A stretch of 11,304 nucleotides of DNA from a plasmid, in the NCBI RefSeq assembly GCF_057098645.1, contig NZ_JBXSPU010000004.1. The stretch is one strand, 5' to 3'. A program made the translations under genes and the position numbers. Positions 1 to 6,346 of this stretch are shown here, one piece after another (the stretch's first letter is position 1; each line of letters opens with the position of its first letter). The notes beneath the pieces are model-generated. The model saw only the letters and a program-made list of their open reading frames with translations. It was not told the origin of the DNA and did not search any database.

Positions 1-5
1 GATTC

Positions 6-14
6 TGTGGATAA
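6..14 (+). promoter_or_regulatory. DnaA box (TGTGGATAA) of the ColE1-type origin-distal region
   Basis: Exact tgtggataa inside a stretch (1-190) that closely matches, from memory, the pMB1/pBR322 sequence just downstream of ori (gattctgtggataac...cgctcgccgcagccgaacgaccgagcg...agtcagtgagcgaggaagcgga). Confidence 0.55.
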
Positions 15-189
15 CACTATCACCGCTTTTGAGTGGGCAGACACCGCTCGCCGCAGCCGAACGACCGAGCGTAGCGAGTCAGTGAGCGAGGAAGCGGAAA
101 AGCGCCTGGACGCGCATTTTCTCCTTACGCATCTGTGCGGCATTTCACACCCGGAACGGTGCACTTTTCATACAACTCGCACTGTTGCC

Positions 190-300
190 ACATAAGTAAG
201 CCAGTATACACTCCGCTATCGCTACGTGACTGGGTCATGGCTGCGCCCCGACACCCGCTAAAACCCGCTGACGCGCCCTGACGAGCTTGTCTGCTGGCGA
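190..300. other. bom / oriT-like nick region of ColE1-type plasmids
   Basis: taagccagtatacactccgctatcgctacgtgactgggtcatggctgcgccccgacacccgc matches the pBR322 bom segment as I recall it; the nic-type motif TATACTGGCTTA is on the minus strand at about 197-209. Confidence 0.55.
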
Positions 301-341
301 AAACACTCACGGACAAGCCGCGACCGCTTTCGCCAGCCCCT

Positions 342-536
342 TTATGGTTCCGTGCCGTACTGCGCTTCAAAGTGTGTCTGTATGCTGTTACCGAGTTCTT
401 CCGCCAGTTCGTGCAGTCGTTCGCACATGGCGGCCTGTTCGTCTGCATCCAGTGCATCCAGTTTTTCGAGCAACGTCAGGCTCTGGCTTTTGATAAATCG
501 CGCCATGTTGAGCGCGGTCTGCTGCTGTTTGTTCAC
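342..536 (-). CDS. rop: Rop/Rom, RNA I-RNA II pairing modulator
   Basis: 64-aa ORF MNKQQQTALNMARFIKSQSLTLLEKLDALDADEQA... aligns along its length with the 63-aa ColE1/pMB1 Rop (MTKQEKTALNMARFIRSQTLTLLEKLNELDADEQA...); it sits at the expected place beside bom. Confidence 0.9.
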   Translation of the reverse strand: MNKQQQTALNMARFIKSQSLTLLEKLDALDADEQAAMCERLHELAEELGNSIQTHFEAQYGTEP

Positions 537-756
537 GTTCTCCCTTCTCCGTTACTGGTGTTTACGTCCGGCTGTGCGTCACCTGGTCATCACGCTAGGT
601 GACGTCACTGAAAATTATCACACAAGCCCCGTCGTGTGTGGGCTGCGCGACATTAACACCCCGTGACGCTTATTTTTTGCTGAATATGTGCGCGATTTTC
701 TGTCTGCGTTGTGTGCAGTTGTCGTCATAAACATGAACGTTCCGCCGGTTCCTGAT

Positions 757-791
757 GTGCGTCACTTTGACGTTTTGACAAAGTGACGCAC
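757..791. repeat. Perfect 13-bp inverted repeat with 9-bp spacer (operator-like palindrome)
   Basis: gtgcgtcactttg-acgttttga-caaagtgacgcac read directly; contains TTGACG and TTGACA hexamers. Related GTGACG palindromes at 575-582 and 599-608 (gtgacgtcac). Confidence 0.45.
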
Positions 792-1158
792 GGGAGGTGC
801 TTGCGCAAACCCGCGAATAACGGCGTTTACCGCGTGATTTTTTTACATCTGACAACGTGACCCGGCGTGATGGCCAGTTCTGGCCAGAGACGTTCGCGGG
901 GTGTCGGGGCGCAGCCATGACCGGGTGGCGTTTGTCCGGTCGTGTGTGCGCGGTCCGACAAATGCACATCCTGTCCCGTCCCGTTTTTCGCTCGGTTTTT
1001 ATTGATTACCGGACAGACGAACCCGGATTGCCATATTGCGAAAATCACGTTAAAACGATTACGAGCGTGCAGTTGGGCTGATATATCAACAGTCATGCCA
1101 ATATGTATTAACCCGACAGGCCGCTCTTTTTAATTCCAATAAAAATATAAATACGAGT

Positions 1159-1353
1159 ATGAATCAGGACAAAGCAATTTATTTAGAAAATAAATATTTT
1201 TCACCCGCAAACGAAGCTGTCAGACTGGAGCGTGAAGGCGATTACATTGGAGCATGGAAAAAATGGAATGATGCGCTTCATTATGCCAAAGGAGAAAATA
1301 TAGGTTGGTGTATAGCCAGAGCTGAATATTGTAAAAAGACAGGCCGGTTTTAA
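1159..1353 (+). CDS. Hypothetical small protein (64 aa), possibly a helical TPR-like fold
   Basis: ORF with AT-rich upstream region and A/T-rich codon usage unlike the flanking GC-rich DNA; only a weak Shine-Dalgarno. No family recognised. Confidence 0.35.
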   Translation: MNQDKAIYLENKYFSPANEAVRLEREGDYIGAWKKWNDALHYAKGENIGWCIARAEYCKKTGRF

Positions 1354-1367
1354 TTCTGGCGGGGTTT

Positions 1368-1386
1368 CAAAGGGGCGCCCCCTTTG
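1368..1386. other. GC-rich stem-loop just after the 64-aa ORF stop
   Basis: caaagggg-cgc-cccctttg, an 8-bp perfect stem with 3-nt loop; no following T-tract, so not a canonical intrinsic terminator. Confidence 0.3.
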
Positions 1387-1489
1387 GCACCTCGACGTAT
1401 CAAAATGCACCAGCATTTTGTATACAGTCGGTCATGTGCCTCCAGGATTTACCATCAAAAACGCCCCTGTAGTTAATCCTGAATCAAGG

Positions 1490-1584
1490 TATAACTAAGA
1501 TATAATTAGCGTATAACTAAGGCATAACTAAAGTATAACTAACTTGGTGTGCATATAATTAACATATAACTAATGTATAACTAA
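1490..1584 (+). repeat. Array of about eight direct repeats of TATAACTAA phased at 11 bp (iteron-like)
   Basis: Copies start at 1490, 1501 (tataattag), 1512, 1523 (cataactaa), 1534, 1554 (tataattaa), 1565 and 1576; one degenerate slot near 1545. Confidence 0.7.
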
Positions 1585-1770
1585 CGGTTCACCAACGGAT
1601 CGCATGTAGTAGACGCTACATAAAAAATCCTGAAATGGAGGATTCGTCATAAAGAGATTCTTTTTTTTAGCGTTCTGATGCAGAACAGGGCAAACACCGC
1701 AAAAATGATGAAAAACTGATTAACCATACTGTCTGTATTCTGAATGAATTACGAAGCATAGCGATAAATT

Positions 1771-1797
1771 AAAAAATCCCCCTGGATTACAGGGGGA
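1771..1797 (-). terminator. Intrinsic-terminator-like hairpin plus U-tract (minus strand)
   Basis: Plus strand aaaaaa-tccccctg-gatta-caggggga: 8-bp perfect stem; on the minus strand the hairpin is followed by TTTTTT. Confidence 0.4.
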
Positions 1798-1904
1798 AGC
1801 TATCAGAGTTTGAGTAATGAGAAATATTATTTTGGAGAGAGCATCACAAATGCGCTCTTTTCCAATCTGCCGTAACCATCGGCAAAAGACAATCAGGACA
1901 GGCG

Positions 1905-1931
1905 AAAAAATCCCCCTATATGGCAAGGGGG
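1905..1931 (-). terminator. Intrinsic-terminator-like hairpin plus U-tract (minus strand)
   Basis: Plus strand aaaaaa-t-ccccct-atatggca-aggggg: 6-bp GC stem; minus-strand T6 follows. Confidence 0.4.
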
Positions 1932-2028
1932 TGTCAATGAGGACATGGCAATTGTGAGTTTTGTGTGTGTTTTATGTGTTGCAGTTTGCAACGTCAGAAA
2001 TTTGCCGTAGTTCGTCATGAGAGACAAC

Positions 2029-2070
2029 AAAAAAATCCCCCGTGACTGGTGGAGGCCAGGGCAAGGGGGG
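2029..2070 (-). terminator. Intrinsic-terminator-like imperfect hairpin plus U-tract (minus strand)
   Basis: Plus strand aaaaaaa-tcccccgtgactgg...ccagggcaagggggg; CCCCC/GGGGG and CTGG/CCAG arms; minus-strand T7 follows. Confidence 0.3.
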
Positions 2071-2279
2071 TAGCAAATGCCTGAATAATTTTCGTAGTTT
2101 TGATATACCCATCGTTGCAACCGCAACGGGATGAATTTGCCGCAGTTGTGCGCGAAAAACAATCCTGATTCCGGGACAGGATGTGTAATCGTATAACCGC
2201 GCACGCACGGCTATGCGATTACCACCTGGTCAGGGCTTTGCCCCGACACCCTCGACACCGTTCCCGCGATACGATAGAA

Positions 2280-2483
2280 GGGGTTCTAAGCCGGAAACCC
2301 AGAAAATTCCGTCACCAAAGCTAGTAATCGACAGATTTGCATGACGTTGAATAGGTGACGGGTTATGTGACGATATTTGGTGTCGAAATCGTTGTTTCAG
2401 TGACAGTCACTCAATCGATCGTTTGTGTGACACTCCCGTAAAAACTTGTCGCAGAAAAATCCAGGTTTCCGGCCGGGAACCCC
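2280..2483. mobile_element. 204-bp miniature element with Tn3-family-like terminal inverted repeats and 5-bp target duplication (TIME-like, non-autonomous)
   Basis: Left end GGGGTTCTAAGCCGGAAACCCAGAAAATTCCG; right end read inward GGGGTTCCCGGCCGGAAACCTGGATTTTTCTGCG. Both start GGGGTTC like the transposon IRs at 7516 and 11303. Flanked by identical TAGAA at 2275-2279 and 2484-2488. No ORF inside. Confidence 0.6.
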
Positions 2484-2571
2484 TAGAACATCAGGGCGCG
2501 TTTCCGGGTAAACGCATGTTAATGACCGGGAATTCATTGATCAGGGACCGGAGACGCGCTACAAAACTCCT

Positions 2572-2713
2572 GCGCGTTTCTGGCATCAACTGACCATGGG
2601 GATGGTTTGGCAGTAGCAGCAAGCGCCAGAAACGCGCTCAAAACGCCTCTGGCGGCAAAACCATTGCCCGATGCAAAAAAGTGCGTTACAAAGCCTCTGA
2701 GCGCGTTTCTGGC
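2572..2713. repeat. Nested inverted copies of GCGCGTTTCTGGC forming long-range hairpins, followed by a T-tract
   Basis: gcgcgtttctggc at 2572-2584 and 2701-2713; its reverse complement at 2624-2636. The pair 2624-2639 / 2698-2713 is a perfect 16-bp inverted repeat. T6 at 2716-2721. The 15-mer CTGAGCGCGTTTCTG recurs at 3466-3480 inside cer. Confidence 0.5.
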
Positions 2714-3097
2714 GTCTTTTTTGTTGCTGTGTCGCTATACTCGTTGTCAGATTCGCGCTCAATCATCACTGATTAATCTGCGCTTATCCTTCGACTGATC
2801 ACGCTGGTATTTTTTGACAACCGGTTCCCATGAAAACGCCAGACGGGAACCGTCATCCGCACCCTCTGACATGCTGGGGATTAAAAATCCCTGTGCCGCA
2901 CAGCCGGCGTTGCATAAAATTCCGCTCTGCGATGAGTATTGTTTAATCAAAAATCCCCTCGTTTTCTCCAGAAAAACGCGAGTCTGTTCTCATGCCCCGG
3001 ATGCCCACACCCCACGCAAAACCAACTTTTTTCTGATTTGCTTTTTAAATCATGTTGTTATGGTTTGAAAAATATATTTTCTTATTCAGATTTATAC

Positions 3098-3270
3098 AAA
3101 AGCGAGTCGTCGGCGACTACTGGATGATTCGGCAACGAGTCGTCGGTGATTTATCGATGACTCAACACACTGTCTCCCTGGTGTTCAGAAAAAGCGAGTC
3201 GCCAGAGAGTCGCGAGGAAAAATACTGGATGACTCGCTGATGGCTCCCGGGGTGAATCGCTCACGACTCG
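3098..3270. repeat. Cluster of GAGTCG / CGACTC-containing direct and inverted repeats
   Basis: (G/A)CGAGTCGTCGG at 3101-3113 and 3134-3146; ACTGGATGA(T/C)TCG at 3118-3130 and 3224-3236; GAGTCGCC and GAGTCGCG at 3196-3213; CGACTCG at 3264-3270. Confidence 0.5.
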
Positions 3271-3299
3271 TCTGTAACTACTGTCTGATTTCTTCTCAT

Positions 3300-3516
3300 C
3301 AGGGCTGAAAACGTCCGAAAATGCGCCTTATGGGAATCAGGCGCGCCCAAACCGATCGCCATTCAGTTTCATGCATAGTCATGCAGTGCCATGAAAACAA
3401 TCCTGACGTATTTTTCCGGTTTACCCGGGGGGAAAACATCTCTTTTTGCGGTTTTTGCGTCAGAATCGCGCTGAGCGCGTTTCTGCGGTGCGTACAATTA
3501 AGGGATTATGGTAAAT
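3300..3516 (+). other. cer-type multimer resolution site (accessory sequences plus XerC/XerD core)
   Basis: Core at 3487-3516 reads GGTGCGTACAA-TTAAGGGA-TTATGGTAAAT, which is the ColE1 cer XerC arm, 8-bp central region and XerD arm as I recall them. About 190 bp of upstream accessory sequence includes an ARG-box-like segment near 3360-3385. Left boundary approximate. Confidence 0.8.
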
Positions 3517-3524
3517 GTCTCCCT

Positions 3525-3947
3525 TTACTGCCTGCCCTCGTAGCCATCAAGATAAACCGCAGAAATCGTGTCAGCCAGCAGCTTCATTTTTTCCGGTGAT
3601 GGCATATCACCGTTCGTGTATTTTCTGCCAGCAAAGGTTGTTGTGCTCCGGAGTGAGTGAAAAAATTTTTCTGAGTGGAATTCTTTTACACGTTGCTGTG
3701 CCGTTTCTGCTGATACTCCGGCTGCTTTGTCTTTCATCCCCATATCCCGGAACTGCTGAAAGAACGGGTGCATCATACGTATGGTGTCTGCTTTCTGGGT
3801 GTGGAAGTTAGGATCAAATCCATCATCTGAAGCATAAACATAATGCCGGGTATGTCGTTCCAGGCTGGTCTTTGGTGTGCATCCTGTAAGAGCTATTGTT
3901 GCTGTTATCAGAGGTATCAGAAGCAGCCTGACAGCGGCAGATCTCAT
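3525..3947 (-). CDS. Putative lipoprotein (140 aa), function unknown
   Basis: N-terminus MRSAAVRLLLIPLITATIALTGC has a signal peptide and lipobox L-T-G-C; AGGAG Shine-Dalgarno 7 nt upstream on the minus strand. No family recognised. Confidence 0.6.
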   Translation of the reverse strand: MRSAAVRLLLIPLITATIALTGCTPKTSLERHTRHYVYASDDGFDPNFHTQKADTIRMMHPFFQQFRDMGMKDKAAGVSAETAQQRVKEFHSEKFFHSLRSTTTFAGRKYTNGDMPSPEKMKLLADTISAVYLDGYEGRQ

Positions 3948-4068
3948 AAAAATCTCCTTGCGTTTTTAATCTTGATACTCAGGGAGTTATATCTCCGAAG
4001 AGTATCTCTTATCATACGTCGGTTTACTCCCAATGTGATTTGATGGTCAATGAGTCAGGAATAATCCC

Positions 4069-4347
4069 GTGAAAAAATGTGTGCCAGTCCTGCTTTTTAG
4101 TGTTCTTTCTGCTTCGGTTGCCAGTCATGCGGACAGCAATGTTTTTCAACAAAAGGCCGAGAAGACAAAAAACGGCATTGTTGCGGATGTTAATGCCAGA
4201 CAGAAAATGTTCAGTAACAGACTGAAGATACAACTTCAGATCGATGAGTTGAGAGCAGAGCTGGCTGGCACCAGAGATGCCCAAAAAAGAGAGGATTTGC
4301 GTAAAAAACTGGAGTCTCTGGAGCGGCAAAAGAAATCCTTACGCTGA
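4069..4347 (+). CDS. Putative secreted/periplasmic coiled-coil protein (92 aa, GTG start)
   Basis: MKKCVPVLLFSVLSASVASHA has a signal peptide with an AxA-like cleavage motif (SHA-D); the mature part is highly charged with heptad-like K/E/L/R pattern. AGGAA 7 nt upstream of the GTG. Confidence 0.5.
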   Translation: MKKCVPVLLFSVLSASVASHADSNVFQQKAEKTKNGIVADVNARQKMFSNRLKIQLQIDELRAELAGTRDAQKREDLRKKLESLERQKKSLR

Positions 4348-4656
4348 TGGGGGCGTATTTTCCCCGGTTTCTTCCATAACCTTTTTACCGTTCAGATATT
4401 TACGGGCGAGGCGAATGCGTCTTGCCTGGTATACCGCCGAGTAAGCCTGGGTGGGATTCACACCGTTACTGATTTCACTGACCACATGACGCTGATCAGC
4501 CAGTGTCAGCGTGTAAACCTGTTTCTGGATGAGGTCACGGGCTTTGTCATGCTCATATCCGGCAGCAACCAGGGTGTCGAGAAGTCGCTTGTCTGTTTTG
4601 TTCAGTTTATGGCGGGGAGATTTGCTCACATCGTTCTCCGTTTTTTCATGATCCAA
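4339..4656 (-). CDS. Hypothetical small basic protein (105 aa) with a possible helix-turn-helix
   Basis: ORF divergent from the colicin promoter; the segment VVSEISNGVNPTQAYSAVYQARRIR looks like an HTH (turn at NG, then a recognition helix). No family recognised. Confidence 0.45.
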   Translation of the reverse strand: MDHEKTENDVSKSPRHKLNKTDKRLLDTLVAAGYEHDKARDLIQKQVYTLTLADQRHVVSEISNGVNPTQAYSAVYQARRIRLARKYLNGKKVMEETGENTPPSA

Positions 4657-4761
4657 CAGTTTTATATCTCATCCTGATTTGCTCCGGTGTTCTGTTTCGA
4701 CGTTCTCAATGTCTGCCTCCTTGTAGTGTGATCTTTATTGCAAAAATGAAAATCCATGTTC

Positions 4762-4825
4762 TTGACATGGGCAATGCTGAGTAGTAGGTTTTCACTGTAC
4801 ATAAAACCAGTGGTTATATGTACAG
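4762..4825 (+). promoter_or_regulatory. SOS-regulated colicin promoter with two overlapping LexA boxes
   Basis: -35 TTGACA at 4762-4767; overlapping LexA boxes CTGTACATAAAACCAG (4795-4810) and its partner tggttatatgtacag (4811-4825), each CTG-N10-CAG, in the classic colicin arrangement. Confidence 0.8.
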
Positions 4826-4873
4826 TATATTGTTTTTAATTTATTGTTTTAATTATCAAAGAGGAATTTCTTT

Positions 4874-6346
4874 ATGGATAAAGTCACTGATAATTCTCCA
4901 GATGTGGAGAGCACAGAATCTACTGAGGGGTCATTCCCAACCGTTGGGGTTGATACTGGCGATACGATTACAGCGACGCTTGCAACTGGAACTGAAAATG
5001 TTGGTGGAGGCGGTGGAGCATTTGGTGGGGCCAGTGAAAGTTCTGCTGCGATACATGCAACCGCTAAATGGTCTACCGCGCAGTTGAAAAAACATCAGGC
5101 TGAACAGGCTGCCCGTGCTGCTGCGGCTGAGGCAGCATTGGCAAAAGCGAAATCTCAGCGTGATGCCCTGACTCAACGTCTCAAAGATATTGTTAATGAC
5201 GCTTTACGTGCTAATGCCGCCCGTAGTCCATCAGTAACTGACCTTGCTCATGCCAATAATATGGCAATGCAGGCAGAGGCTGAGCGTTTGCGCCTTGCGA
5301 AGGCAGAGCAAAAAGCCCGTGAAGAAGCTGAAGCAGCAGAAAAAGCGCTCCGGGAAGCAGAACGCCAACGTGATGAGATTGCCCGCCAACAGGCTGAAAC
5401 CGAGCATTTGTTAGCTATGGCTGAGGCTGCTGAGGCTGAAAAAAATCGACAGGATTCTCTTGATGAAGAGCATCGGGCTGTGGAAGTGGCGGAGAAGAAT
5501 CTGGCTGAGGCTAAAGCTGAACTGGCGAAGGCTGAAAGCGATGTACAGAGTAAGCAAGCGATTGTTTCCAGAGTTGCAGGGGAGCTTGAAAACGCTCAAA
5601 AAAGTGTTGATGTGAAGGTTACCGGATTTCCTGGATGGCGTGATGTTCAGAAAAAACTAGAGAGACAATTGCAGGATAAGAAGAATGAATATTCGTCAGT
5701 GACAAATGCTCTTAATTCTGCTGTTAGCATTAGAGATGCTAAAAAAACAGAAGTTCAGAATGCTGAGACAAAATTAAAAGAAGCTCAGGATGCGCTTGAG
5801 AAGAGTCAGGTAAAAGATTCTGTTGATACTATGGTTGGGTTTTATCAATATATAACCGAACAATATGGAGAAAAATACGCAAGAATTGCTCAGGATTTAG
5901 CGGAAAAGTCTAAAGGAAAGAAAATTAAAGGTGTTGATGAAGCTTTAGCTGCATTTGAACAGTATAAAAATGTACTGGATAAGAAATTCAGTAAGGTTGA
6001 TAGGGATGCTATTTTTAATTCTTTAGAGTCTGTTAATTATGATGAGTTATCTAAGAATTTAACGAAGATATCAAAGTCGCTTAAAATCACTAGTCGAGTA
6101 TCTTTTCTATATGATGTTGGTTCTGATTTTAAAAATGCAATAGAAACTGGTAACTGGCGTCCTTTATTTGTCACGCTGGAGAAAAGTGCGGTAGATGTAG
6201 GTGTTGCAAAAATTGTGGCATTAATGTTTAGTTTTATTGTCGGCGTGCCTCTTGGTTTCTGGGGGATTGCTATTATCACAGGTATTGTTTCTTCTTACAT
6301 AGGGGATGATGAGTTGAACAAGCTTAATGAATTGCTAGGTATTTAA
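4874..6346 (+). CDS. cta: Pore-forming colicin of the E1 family, colicin 10-like (490 aa)
   Basis: Gly-rich N-terminal region, then [20 protein letters not shown]...[13 protein letters not shown]...LAHANN...ERLRLAKAE matching colicin E1 as I recall it. C-terminal channel domain ends [21 protein letters not shown]...LGI (E1: GIWGIAIVTGILCSYI...EVLGI). The length and the TonB-box-like DTITATL at residues 30-36 fit colicin 10; the symbol is tentative. Confidence 0.9.
   Translation: MDKVTDNSPDVESTESTEGSFPTVGVDTGDTITATLATGTENVGGGGGAFGGASESSAAIHATAKWSTAQLKKHQAEQAARAAAAEAALAKAKSQRDALTQRLKDIVNDALRANAARSPSVTDLAHANNMAMQAEAERLRLAKAEQKAREEAEAAEKALREAERQRDEIARQQAETEHLLAMAEAAEAEKNRQDSLDEEHRAVEVAEKNLAEAKAELAKAESDVQSKQAIVSRVAGELENAQKSVDVKVTGFPGWRDVQKKLERQLQDKKNEYSSVTNALNSAVSIRDAKKTEVQNAETKLKEAQDALEKSQVKDSVDTMVGFYQYITEQYGEKYARIAQDLAEKSKGKKIKGVDEALAAFEQYKNVLDKKFSKVDRDAIFNSLESVNYDELSKNLTKISKSLKITSRVSFLYDVGSDFKNAIETGNWRPLFVTLEKSAVDVGVAKIVALMFSFIVGVPLGFWGIAIITGIVSSYIGDDELNKLNELLGI

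Larger units (their letters stand above)
1622..2072 (-). repeat. Tandem paralogous units of about 125-150 bp, each ending in AAAAA(A)TCCC plus a GC hairpin
   Basis: A-tract plus hairpin at 1622-1644, 1771-1797, 1905-1931 and 2029-2070. The three bodies between 1798 and 2200 share TACGGCAAATT-like and GTTGCA..TGCAAC hairpin motifs in the same order on the minus strand. Confidence 0.5.

Noticed and set aside
125-666. ORFs 125..457(-), 287..493(+), 352..666(+) and 372..602(+) overlapping rop and the bom region
   Set aside because: They overlap the well-supported rop gene or conserved non-coding backbone in other frames, are rich in Cys/Arg/Ser and have no RBS; frame artefacts of GC-rich DNA.
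670-1133. ORFs 670..969(-), 827..1096(-), 857..1081(+) and 942..1133(+)
   Set aside because: Mutually overlapping, Arg/Cys-rich, with no RBS or recognisable domains; none stands out as coding. They might hide decayed mob fragments, but I cannot support that by eye.
1490-1584. 11-bp repeat array considered as a CRISPR array or as the origin of a second iteron-type replicon
   Set aside because: Repeats are contiguous 11-mers with no spacers and no cas genes, so not CRISPR. No Rep initiator gene is present, so a functional second iteron replicon is unsupported.
1945-2010. 21-codon hydrophobic peptide MAIVSFVCVLCVAVCNVRNLP on the plus strand, considered as a type I toxin
   Set aside because: The ORF is not conserved in the two paralogous neighbouring units (no start and an early stop in the aligned frame), and the nearest SD-like GAGGA is only 1 nt from the ATG.
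1720-2208. ORFs 1720..1926(-), 1893..2204(-) and 1972..2208(-)
   Set aside because: They read straight through the GC hairpins and A/T tracts, sit in three different frames and have Pro/Cys-rich low-complexity translations; better explained as non-coding tandem units.
3515-4043. ORFs 3515..3811(+) and 3843..4043(+) antisense to the lipoprotein gene
   Set aside because: They overlap the lipoprotein gene, which has a strong RBS and lipobox, and their translations are Cys-rich and low-complexity.
4818-5176. ORFs 4818..5087(+) and 4931..5176(-) at the colicin 5' end
   Set aside because: The first starts inside the LexA operator and runs out of frame into the colicin gene; the second is antisense to it. 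The colicin frame has the RBS and the family-wide similarity.
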